Source: Candidatus Iainarchaeum sp. (lineage in GTDB: Archaea > Iainarchaeota > Iainarchaeia > Iainarchaeales > 0-14-0-20-34-12). From it: 32,000 nucleotides of DNA. Numbering within the stretch: position 1 is the stretch's first letter; each line of letters opens with the position of its first letter. The DNA lies in NCBI GenBank assembly GCA_030649345.1, contig JAUSKK010000008.1:21533-53532 (forward strand), given 5' to 3'. The position numbers and the translations under genes are program-made. Under the pieces are notes generated by a model that ran no database searches, was not told where the DNA came from, and worked only from the letters and a program-made list of their open reading frames with translations. Positions 1 through 7,086 of the stretch are shown here, in pieces.

Positions 1-861
1 AGACTGGATAGGCAATTCCAGGAACTGAATTTTTTCTTTGAGTCTTTTTTCCAGTTTTCTTTTTTTAATTTTATTTATTGAATCCAATTTGTTTCCAGTT
101 ACAATAATGATTTTTCCTTTTTGGTTTAATACTTTTGCAGTCACAGGAATTTCCAAAAATGGGTCTAAAATAATGCGTACTGGATTTCTTCCATTTTTGA
201 TTCTACAAGTCAGTCTTGGATTATCCTGGATAACTGTTTTGACTCCAACCAAAATTCCGTCTAAAGTATTCCGCAATTGATGAACAAATCTTTGTGTTTT
301 TTTCCCATTAATCCAGTGTTCTTTTTGTTCTTTGCTCCAAATCAGTCCATTGGCTGTCATTCCAATTTTTTGCACAATGTACGGTATTCTTGTTTGAATC
401 CATTTCAAATAAGCTTGGTTTATTTCTATGCATTCTTTTTCTAAAATATTTGTTTGAACTTGAATTCCAGCTTTTTTAAGCGCTTGAATTCCTTTTCCTT
501 TAACTTTGGGATTCAGGTCTTTCATTCCAATAACTACTTTCCGAATTCCAGAATTTACAATGGCCGGAACACTGGGAGGCGTTTTTTTTTCTTTTCCAGA
601 ATGAAAACAAGGTTACAAAGAAACATACAGTGTACTTCCTTTTGCTTTGTTTCCAGCTATTTTCAAAGCATTAATTTCTGCATGATTTTCTCCAAACTTT
701 TCATGAAAACCTTTTCCTACAATTTTCCCATTGTTGACAATTAAACAGCCGACCAATGGATTGGTTTGTGTTCTGCCTAAACCTTTCAGAGCTAAATTAA
801 TAGCTAATTTCATAATTTTTTCGTTTTGGTTCAAGAATGCCATATATGTCTCTAAAACCAA
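1..861 (-). pseudogene. ribD: RibD-like riboflavin-pathway deaminase/reductase; 3' end runs off the window; broken by an in-frame TAA at 613-615
   Basis: ORF 613-861 reads ...GFHEKFGENHAEINALKIAGNKAKGSTLYVSL then TAA. My back-translation shows the same frame stays open from 612 to 1. It continues PCFHSGKEKKTPPSVPAIVNSGIRKVVIGMKDLNPKVKGKGIQALKKAG...RFVHQLRNTLDGILVGVKTVIQDNPRLTCR..., i.e. an HAE...PC...C-type deaminase motif followed by a RibD reductase-like region. The second Zn-ligand Cys position is Ser (AGT, 571-573). Confidence 0.6.
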
Positions 862-930
862 CCTTAATTTAGTTTATTCCATTTTAAGGCCTTTTAGTGA
901 CCTTTTTAAACCCTGTGTTTTATTATTATT

Positions 931-989
931 TTAACCAATTGAGCTGATGCTTCGAAAGAAGCAAGCGTTTTGCTTTGCTCTTGGTTTAA
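931..989. other. Compact GC-enriched nested stem-loop element in the ribD/rps19e divergent spacer
   Basis: Outer stem TTAACCAA(931-938)/TTGGTTTAA(981-989). Inner closing stem GAGC(941-944)/GCTC(977-980). These enclose GCTTC-GAAA-GAAGC (949-962, GNRA-type loop) and AAGC-GTTTT-GCTT (963-975). Strand and function unknown. Confidence 0.3.
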
Positions 990-1009
990 GGAAATTAATT
1001 ATTAAATAG

Positions 1010-1609
1010 GTGAATTATTTGGCAATTGAAAATGTGCATCCCAGTGACTTGATTTCAGGTCTAGCAAATGATTTTGAAAAAAATTTAAAAATGCAAAAAC
1101 CAAATTTTGCAGACTACGTAAAAACCGGTGTTCATCGAGAACGAGCACCCACTCAAGAAAATTGGTATTATTTACGCTTGGGTTCTTTGTTGTATAGAAT
1201 TTACAAAGACGGCCCAGTTGGAGTTCAAAGTTTACGTTCCTATTACGGCGGCCGGCAAGCACGCGGTGTCAGACCTCACAGACACAGAAAAGCCAGCGGA
1301 AAAGTTATTCGTTTTTGTTTACAAGAATTAGAAAAAGTAGGATTTATTGAAAAGTTTGGAAAAAAAGGAAGAAAGCTCAGCAAAAAAGGCCAATCTTTTT
1401 TGTACCAGAAAGCCAAACAATTAACTGCACAAATGCCTGAAATTTTGGCAGCTAAAGAAGAAGCTAAAATTGCCCGTGTTAAAAAATTGGAAACAATTTC
1501 AAAACAAGCACCTAAAGAAGATGCTTCTAAACAATTTGCCAGAAAAGGAAAAAAAGACAAAAAAGATGAAAGTTCTGATTCCGAAAAAGGATCCAAGAAC
1601 AAAAAATAA
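1010..1609 (+). CDS. rps19e: 30S ribosomal protein S19e with a ~55 aa K/E/S-rich C-terminal tail
   Basis: Motifs: KTGVHRERAPTQENWYYLRLGSLLYRIYKDGPVGVQSLRSYYGG...RGVRPHRHRKASGKVIRFCLQELEKVGF. GTG start at 1010 overlaps AGGTGA; an in-frame TTG at 1019 is an alternative start. Confidence 0.9.
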   Translation: MNYLAIENVHPSDLISGLANDFEKNLKMQKPNFADYVKTGVHRERAPTQENWYYLRLGSLLYRIYKDGPVGVQSLRSYYGGRQARGVRPHRHRKASGKVIRFCLQELEKVGFIEKFGKKGRKLSKKGQSFLYQKAKQLTAQMPEILAAKEEAKIARVKKLETISKQAPKEDASKQFARKGKKDKKDESSDSEKGSKNKK

Positions 1610-1610
1610 G

Positions 1611-1639
1611 TTATCAGATGTAGTTTAAGGTTCTGATAA
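1611..1639 (+). promoter_or_regulatory. Hairpin TTATCAGA-N13-TCTGATAA in the rps19e / PDCD5-like spacer, with the AAGG ribosome-binding-like motif in its loop
   Basis: Perfect 8-bp inverted repeat, 1611-1618 and 1632-1639, ending 1 nt before the ATG at 1641. Confidence 0.3.
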
Positions 1640-1640
1640 T

Positions 1641-1967
1641 ATGGATGAAAATTTAGATTCATTAAGGCAGCAGCGCATGCAGCATTTGAAAAAAAATGCA
1701 GAAGACAAAAAAAGCCAGCAAGAGCAAGCAATGCAAGCTCAAATGCAAGTGAATGCTTTAATGATTCAGTATCTAGAGCCGGCAGCCAAAGAACGGTTGA
1801 ACAATGTAAAATTAATTAATTCAGAATTGTACGGAAAAGTTGTTCAAACTGTTTTGTATTTGGTGAAAAGCCAAAAATTGAATCGAAAAATAACGGATAT
1901 TGAATTAAAAAAATTATTAACTTTGGCCACAGGTCAAAAACGAGAAATTAAAATTGTAAGAAAATAA
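1641..1967 (+). CDS. PDCD5/TFAR19-type dsDNA-binding protein (archaeal MTH1615-like)
   Basis: Motif ...IQYLEPAAKERLNNVKLINSELYGKVVQTVLYLVKSQKLNRKITDIELKKLL..., and the conserved position between rps19e and rpl39e. Confidence 0.8.
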   Translation: MDENLDSLRQQRMQHLKKNAEDKKSQQEQAMQAQMQVNALMIQYLEPAAKERLNNVKLINSELYGKVVQTVLYLVKSQKLNRKITDIELKKLLTLATGQKREIKIVRK

Positions 1968-2048
1968 ATCAGTAGTGCTGAATGAAATGAAGCACTACGT
2001 TCGACCAACCGGAACCCCGGTTGAGAAGTTAAAATTGTAAGAAAATAA
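1941..2048 (+). repeat. 27-nt direct repeat (1941-1967 and 2022-2048, 25/27 identical) duplicating the last 8 codons + TAA of the PDCD5-like gene around a 54-nt two-hairpin insert
   Basis: CGAGAAATTAAAATTGTAAGAAAATAA versus TGAGAAGTTAAAATTGTAAGAAAATAA. Insert hairpins are GTAGTGC(1972-1978)/GCACTAC(1992-1998) and CAACCGG(2006-2012)-AACC-CCGGTTG(2017-2023). Confidence 0.85.
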
Positions 2049-2068
2049 AAAAATATTGAGGAATCATA

Positions 2069-2356
2069 ATGGCAAGACATAAAACACAAGAATTCAAACA
2101 ATTTGCAATTGCAAAACGCAGAAGTGTCGGAAGTACTTTAAGTGCTGCTCCAGTTTGGACTTTTCAGAAAGCAAATCGCAGATTGTTTTCAAAGACCAGC
2201 AAGCGTACTTGGAAACAAATAGGTATTGGGAAGTTATTTGACGAACAACAACATACTAAAGAAACCCAAGCCATCAAGCATATGAAGCGTTCTTTTTTAG
2301 TCAAAAAAAGAGCACGATTAAATAAGAAAATAAAATCAAAAAAGAAAACAAATTAA
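2069..2356 (+). CDS. rpl39e: 50S ribosomal protein L39e, divergent, with a ~45 aa basic C-terminal extension
   Basis: MARHK...AKRR...APVW...KANRR...SKRTWK fits the L39e pattern MAR.K..AK...PVW..K.NRR...KR.W. Conserved operon position. Confidence 0.7.
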   Translation: MARHKTQEFKQFAIAKRRSVGSTLSAAPVWTFQKANRRLFSKTSKRTWKQIGIGKLFDEQQHTKETQAIKHMKRSFLVKKRARLNKKIKSKKKTN

Positions 2357-2374
2357 AATATGGGATGACTATTT

Positions 2375-2815
2375 ATGGTTGAAATTCGAGAATTTACAGT
2401 GGATTTAAAGAAAAGATACAAACAACCCAAGCCTGGCAGAGCCAATAAAAGTATCAATGCCATTCGCTTAAAGGTAAGCAAAGCTTTGCATGTTCCTTTA
2501 GATACTGTGAAATTATCCAATACTGTAAACGAAGCTATTTGGGAACACGGGCGAACCAAGCCTCCGCATAGAATTAAATTAACTTTAAAACAAGACACCG
2601 ATCGAGTGGACGTATTTTTATTCAGTGAATTTGAAGAAGTTAAAAAATTAGTTTCTGAAGAAAAAAAGAAAAAAGAATCCAAGAAAACTGAACCTAAAAA
2701 AGAAAAAACAGAAAAAGTTGAACCTGAAACAGAAGCAGGTGTTGCTGAAGCAGTAAAACAAAAACAGAAAAAAGAAATTGAAGAAGCTGCTCAAAGCATG
2801 GATCATAAACATTAA
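2375..2815 (+). CDS. rpl31e: 50S ribosomal protein L31e with a ~55 aa K/E-rich C-terminal tail
   Basis: EFTVDLKKRYKQPKPGRANKSINAIRLKVSKALHV..VKLSNTVNEAIWEHGRTKPPHRIKL, plus synteny. Confidence 0.85.
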   Translation: MVEIREFTVDLKKRYKQPKPGRANKSINAIRLKVSKALHVPLDTVKLSNTVNEAIWEHGRTKPPHRIKLTLKQDTDRVDVFLFSEFEEVKKLVSEEKKKKESKKTEPKKEKTEKVEPETEAGVAEAVKQKQKKEIEEAAQSMDHKH

Positions 2816-2833
2816 TGAATTCTTTTGAATTCA
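2816..2833 (+). terminator. Perfect hairpin TGAATTC-TTTT-GAATTCA immediately after the rpl31e stop
   Basis: 7-bp stem at 2816-2822 / 2827-2833. Its role in termination is inferred only. Confidence 0.35.
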
Positions 2834-2848
2834 TAATTAGGTAATCCA

Positions 2849-3508
2849 ATGAAATTTACTAAACAATATTTGAATTCCAGCCCCTACATTGGCGTATTTG
2901 CAGTTACCAGTGAAACGATTTCTTTATTTCCTGCTTTTATTACAAAAAAACAAAAACTTTATTTTCAAGACATTTTGGGAACAGAAATTATTCAAGGAAC
3001 TTTAGCAGGATCGCATTTATTGGGTGTGTTTGCTGTTGGATCGCAAAACAAGTTTTTAGTTTCCAATCTAATTTCAGACAAAGAATTGGATTTTTATAAA
3101 AATCAAGGATTGAAATTAGAAGTCTTAAGTGATAATTTGGCAGTTGGAAATTTAATTGCTTTAAATGATTTTGGAGCAGTTTGTAGTCCTATTTTTTCCA
3201 AAGAAGACATCGCAAAGATTAAATCTTTTTTGGGCACAGAAGTTGTTACTTCTTTGGTTGGAAATCATGATCTAACCGGGGCCAGTTGCAAGGCAACCAA
3301 TGTTGGATTTATTGTAAGTCCTATGGTTACAGAACAAGAATTTAGTGTTTTGCAGAAAACATTAAAGGTAGACGGAATGCGAACCACAGCCAATTACGGT
3401 GATAGATATGTAGGCAATGGATTAATTGCCAATTCAAAAGGCGCAGTGATTGGTGTTCCAACCACAACCCATGAAATGATTCGCATAGATGAAGCATTCA
3501 GAAAATAG
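2849..3508 (+). CDS. eif6: Translation initiation factor 6 (aIF6)
   Basis: 219 aa, NSSPYIGVFAVTSE..., repeated pentein-like segments, conserved position after rpl31e. Confidence 0.9.
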   Translation: MKFTKQYLNSSPYIGVFAVTSETISLFPAFITKKQKLYFQDILGTEIIQGTLAGSHLLGVFAVGSQNKFLVSNLISDKELDFYKNQGLKLEVLSDNLAVGNLIALNDFGAVCSPIFSKEDIAKIKSFLGTEVVTSLVGNHDLTGASCKATNVGFIVSPMVTEQEFSVLQKTLKVDGMRTTANYGDRYVGNGLIANSKGAVIGVPTTTHEMIRIDEAFRK

Positions 3509-3624
3509 GAATGAAATTTGAAGAGATGTACCACAAAATTTTAAATTTTGCGTATATACAAAATCGATGATTTTGTAGTACATCGAAACCGTAGGTTTGG
3601 ATAGACGAGGCATTCAGAAAATAA
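3485..3624 (+). repeat. 24-nt direct repeat (3485-3508 and 3601-3624, 21/24 identical) duplicating the last 7 codons + stop of eif6 around a structured insert
   Basis: ATAGATGAAGCATTCAGAAAATAG versus ATAGACGAGGCATTCAGAAAATAA. The insert carries a long imperfect hairpin, GATGTACCACAAAAT(3525-3539)/ATTTTGTAGTACATC(3570-3584), with inner stem ATTTTG(3545-3550)/CAAAAT(3559-3564). It also carries AAACC-GTA-GGTTT (3586-3598). Confidence 0.85.
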
Positions 3625-3659
3625 GAATAATTGAAACTAATATTTGAAAGGTGAAATGT

Positions 3660-3857
3660 ATGATGAAAAAATTTGAAATGAAAGGATCTTATAAAGAAAA
3701 AAAATCTTGGAAGAAATTTACTAGAACTGTAGAAGCTGTAAGTGAAAAACGAGCCCGAGAATTATTGCAAAGCTTATTAGGTTCAGAACACCAAGTAGTC
3801 AAGCATCATCTTAAAATTGATTCATTGCAAGAAGCTCAAGAAAAAACCGGTGAATAA
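3660..3857 (+). CDS. rplX: 50S ribosomal protein LX (L18Ae/eL20 family)
   Basis: KKFEMKGSYKEKKSWKKFTRTVEAVSEKRARELLQSLLGSEHQVVKHHLKIDSLQE fits the LX pattern F.v.G...F.k.v.A..e..A.E...s.lGS.H......I.I. AGGTGA at 3648-3653 lies 6 nt before the ATG at 3660. Confidence 0.75.
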   Translation: MMKKFEMKGSYKEKKSWKKFTRTVEAVSEKRARELLQSLLGSEHQVVKHHLKIDSLQEAQEKTGE

Positions 3858-4322
3858 ATGTCTAAATTAAGATCTGAGTCTAAATCATTGACTGCTCAGC
3901 AAGTTATGGAACTGCATTCCATGACTCGAAATCGATTGGAAGGCGTTCAACAACAATTGGGAACATTTAATTCGTTTTTGCAGGATTTAGTGAATGCCAA
4001 AGCATCCATTGAACAATTAGAACAAGCAACTTCAACAGACCCAGTAATGTTTTCTTTGAGTGCCGGTGTTTTTGTTTCAGCTAACTTGGATAAAAAGCCC
4101 AAATTTTTGATTACAATTGGAGACGAAATTTATCATGCAACTACTCCAGAAAATGCTAAACAAAAATTGGATGCAAGAAAAGAAGATTTATTGAAAGCCA
4201 TTGCATCCATGCAATTGGATCAAGAAAAATTAATCAAAAATTTACAAGACATGGAATCCATGCTAAATCAAGCTCGCCGAAAAGCACAACTTCATCCGGA
4301 AACTACTCCGGCTGTAAGTTAA
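3858..4322 (+). CDS. pfdA: Prefoldin alpha subunit
   Basis: 154 aa with coiled-coil / beta-hairpin / coiled-coil layout, and the conserved position between rplX and ftsY. Confidence 0.8.
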   Translation: MSKLRSESKSLTAQQVMELHSMTRNRLEGVQQQLGTFNSFLQDLVNAKASIEQLEQATSTDPVMFSLSAGVFVSANLDKKPKFLITIGDEIYHATTPENAKQKLDARKEDLLKAIASMQLDQEKLIKNLQDMESMLNQARRKAQLHPETTPAVS

Positions 4323-4331
4323 TTGATTTCA

Positions 4332-5369
4332 ATGTTTGATGTTTTAAAGCAAAAATTAAATGATTTTTCAAAAAAACTCAAAACTACTTTATCTCGCGAA
4401 CCCGAATCTTTTCCTCAAGAATCTAAACCTGCGTTACCTGAATCTAAACTAATTTCATCAGAAGAACCCAAGCGAGTATTGAAAGCAGAAATTTCTGCCA
4501 TTTCTAAAGTCAAACATGTTTTTTCTTCTAAAGTAAAACTTTCTGAAAAAGACTTAGAAGACTTATTGTTTGATTTAGAATTATCTTTGTTGGAGGCAGA
4601 CGTAGCTCATTCCACCAGCCAAGCTATTTGTTCTAGCATTAAAGAAAAACTTTTATCTATGGAATTTGATAAATCAAATTTAGATTCAGCTATTCAAAAA
4701 GAAATTCGCTCTGTTTTGATTTCTTCGATTTCCATTCCTTCGTTTTCTTTGTTTGATAAAGTCAAACAGTCTTCCAAAAAACCGTTTACCATTTTATTGT
4801 TGGGGCCCAATGGAGCTGGGAAAACTACTACGATTGCCAAGCTTTCGCATTATTTTTTAGAACATAACCTTAAAATTGTTTTAGCTGCAGCCGATACTTT
4901 TCGTGCTGCTTCCATTGAACAATTGGCTGAACATGCTCAACGTTTAAAAGTTCGAATGATTGCTCACACGTATGGATCAGATCCTGCTGCTGTGGCTTTT
5001 GATGCAGTGCGTTCAGCTGAAGCTGGGCACATAGATGTAGTGTTAATTGATTCTGCTGGAAGACAAGAAACGAATACTAATTTAATGCAAGAATTAAAGA
5101 AAATGGTCCGCGTAGTTAAACCTGATTTGAAAATTTTTATCGGCGAATCTTTGGCTGGTCATGCTTTATTGGATCAAGCATTGGAATATCATGAACAATT
5201 GTCTTTGGATGGATTTATTTTAACTAAATTAGATACAGACACTAAAGGTGGCACTATCATTAGTTTATTGCATGAAATCAAGAAACCTGTTTTGTTTTTA
5301 GGTATTGGTCAAAAATATTCTGATTTAATTGAATTTAATTTAGATTATATTTTAGAAAAAATTATCTAG
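4332..5369 (+). CDS. ftsY: Signal recognition particle receptor FtsY
   Basis: LLLGPNGAGKTTTIAKL, AAADTFRAASIEQL, LIDSAGRQ, ILTKLDTDTKGG. The ORF track starts at TTG 4323; the ATG at 4332 is preferred. Confidence 0.95.
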   Translation: MFDVLKQKLNDFSKKLKTTLSREPESFPQESKPALPESKLISSEEPKRVLKAEISAISKVKHVFSSKVKLSEKDLEDLLFDLELSLLEADVAHSTSQAICSSIKEKLLSMEFDKSNLDSAIQKEIRSVLISSISIPSFSLFDKVKQSSKKPFTILLLGPNGAGKTTTIAKLSHYFLEHNLKIVLAAADTFRAASIEQLAEHAQRLKVRMIAHTYGSDPAAVAFDAVRSAEAGHIDVVLIDSAGRQETNTNLMQELKKMVRVVKPDLKIFIGESLAGHALLDQALEYHEQLSLDGFILTKLDTDTKGGTIISLLHEIKKPVLFLGIGQKYSDLIEFNLDYILEKII

Positions 5370-6003
5370 CATTCAATCCGCGTTCTACGGCTGCATGAAT
5401 TAGAGTCATATGATGGGTAATTAAATCCCGGTCTAATTGCATGCGTACTTGTTCATTGAGCCAATGATTAAATACTGCAATATTGGCTTGACAAATGTCT
5501 TTTACATACGGAAAAATACTATCCCATGCTTCATTTACTTTATCTTTTCGTAAAGCTTGAGTGTGAATTTCATCTAAATCTCTTAAAAAATATTCTGCTT
5601 CTTTTTGCACTTTAAGTACTCCATCATGTTTTGCAATTTTAATGGCTTGTTGTACTACGCTTCTTACGTCGGCAAAACTTTTTCGTTCTCCGCTTAACAC
5701 TGCTATATTTAGGTCTTGCATTTGAAGATGCCGTGCAATTTCATTTCGTTGGCTTTTTTTAACATGGAGTCCTGCAACTAATTTTCCTAAAACTTTGGCT
5801 TTTACTAAATCATGAATAACATCTGCTGGAACTTTTCCTTTCAATTGTTTGCTTAAACGCAAAGCTTCGCGTACAAATTCTGTTGTAGTAAATTTTCGGT
5901 TAACGATTTCAGATTTTCTTCTCCGCTCATTTAATCGAACCCGCAATCCGGGTTTTCTCAAGCGTTTAATTGTTCGAACCATTGCTGGTTTTCGCATGCT
6001 CAT
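5362..6003 (-). CDS. Basic-N-terminus helical protein, paralog family member A (unknown function)
   Basis: MSMRKPAMVRTIKRLRKPGLRVRLNERRRK..., 213 aa. TATA-like CATATAAA upstream, no SD. Overlaps the ftsY 3' end by 8 nt (convergent). Confidence 0.7.
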   Translation of the reverse strand: MSMRKPAMVRTIKRLRKPGLRVRLNERRRKSEIVNRKFTTTEFVREALRLSKQLKGKVPADVIHDLVKAKVLGKLVAGLHVKKSQRNEIARHLQMQDLNIAVLSGERKSFADVRSVVQQAIKIAKHDGVLKVQKEAEYFLRDLDEIHTQALRKDKVNEAWDSIFPYVKDICQANIAVFNHWLNEQVRMQLDRDLITHHMTLIHAAVERGLNAR

Positions 6004-6085
6004 ATCATTGTTTTAGTTGACGTTGTTTATATGACTTTTCTACTAATTAGGCATTGTTTTAAGTTTAGTTTAAATATTATTTTTT

Positions 6086-7045
6086 ATGCAAAAACCAATT
6101 CGCAAACCTTCTAAAGGAAAAATGGCTCCAAGATTGGAACGAAAAGCTCGTGGAGCTTATACGCCAACTCAACCTCGTTTATTGGAAAATCGCTGGGCTG
6201 TAAATATTGGGACTGAAAGTAAGCCTAGGCTGAAAAGCAGATTGGATAGTCTTTTACGAAATCCAAAAAAAAGAATTGCTGAACGAAAATACTTTGCTGC
6301 TCGGTTGGATGCAGACCTTGAAGTTTTACATGCTTTTAATTCATCGGGTGAACGCAGAAAACCTTTGAATGAAACACTGAAAAGATTAACTGAAGTTTTT
6401 ACTGCTGAAGCAAGTCCGCATGCAGATGTGTATAGTGTTGGTAGAGAAATTCTTAATATTAAATTTAATGCATGGCTTCCACGCATTCTTAATTTAGCCG
6501 ATACTGTTATGGTTCACGGAACTCGAGAAGAACAAGCAAGTCAGTCTGCATTATTTGATGCTGTAATCAAATATATTTCCAGTCCTCCTGGAAAAGAACT
6601 TGAATTGAGTCATAGTAAGTCTATGCGAATGAAGAAAAAAAGAGAGGAAAGACCTGAAGTTTATGCAAAAGCAAAACAACTCAGAAAAGAAACTAAAAAA
6701 GAACAAAAACGCAGAAACTCTGAAAGGAAAGTGCGTTCAATTGTTTTTTTGAAGAAAACTTTTTTTGATTCACTTCAAGGCGGATTAAGAGAACTTGCTA
6801 AAGCACAAGAAAGACTAAAAGACAAAGCGTCTCCAATGAATCCTAATCTTACTAGGTTATATCATTGGCTGCTTCGAAGTCAAATTGATCTTATTTTTGA
6901 AAGAATTGACGAATTTAAAGCTACTCCAGTATTTCGGGGTATTTCAGTAGACGAACGCAGGCAAATTTCCGATACTGTGCATGCCTGCAATCTGGTTTTA
7001 CTAGAGTACTCTTTGAAATTGATTCGCAAGCCTCCAACAAAATAA
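6086..7045 (+). CDS. Basic-N-terminus helical protein, tentative paralog family member B (unknown function)
   Basis: MQKPIRKPSKGKMAPRLERKARG..., 319 aa, with a central K/R/E-rich segment. TTTAAATATT box about 10 nt upstream of the ATG. Divergent from member A. Confidence 0.65.
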   Translation: MQKPIRKPSKGKMAPRLERKARGAYTPTQPRLLENRWAVNIGTESKPRLKSRLDSLLRNPKKRIAERKYFAARLDADLEVLHAFNSSGERRKPLNETLKRLTEVFTAEASPHADVYSVGREILNIKFNAWLPRILNLADTVMVHGTREEQASQSALFDAVIKYISSPPGKELELSHSKSMRMKKKREERPEVYAKAKQLRKETKKEQKRRNSERKVRSIVFLKKTFFDSLQGGLRELAKAQERLKDKASPMNPNLTRLYHWLLRSQIDLIFERIDEFKATPVFRGISVDERRQISDTVHACNLVLLEYSLKLIRKPPTK

Positions 7046-7086
7046 TACCTTTTAATTAAATTTCTGTCCTAATTCTTTTAGATTTT

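Noticed and set aside
613-615. In-frame TAA in ribD as evidence for stop-codon reassignment or programmed readthrough
   Set aside because: TAA terminates many well-supported genes in this window, e.g. rps19e, the PDCD5-like gene, rpl39e, rpl31e, pfdA and srp54. The neighbouring Cys-to-Ser loss also points to decay or a sequencing error rather than recoding.
38-934. Plus-strand ORFs 38-280, 454-744 and 731-934
   Set aside because: Their products are low-complexity and Phe/Leu/Ser-rich. They lie antisense to the clearly RibD-like minus-strand frame, so they are shadow ORFs.
1002-1731. ORFs 1002-1262(-), 1128-1331(+) and 1276-1731(-) overlapping rps19e
   Set aside because: They are antisense or alternative-frame shadows of a confidently identified ribosomal protein gene, with no motifs.
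2353-2682. ORF 2353-2682(-), 109 aa
   Set aside because: It is antisense to rpl31e and has a low-complexity Ser/Phe-rich product.
6169-6486. ORF 6169-6486(-), 105 aa
   Set aside because: It is antisense within family member B and has no independent signals.
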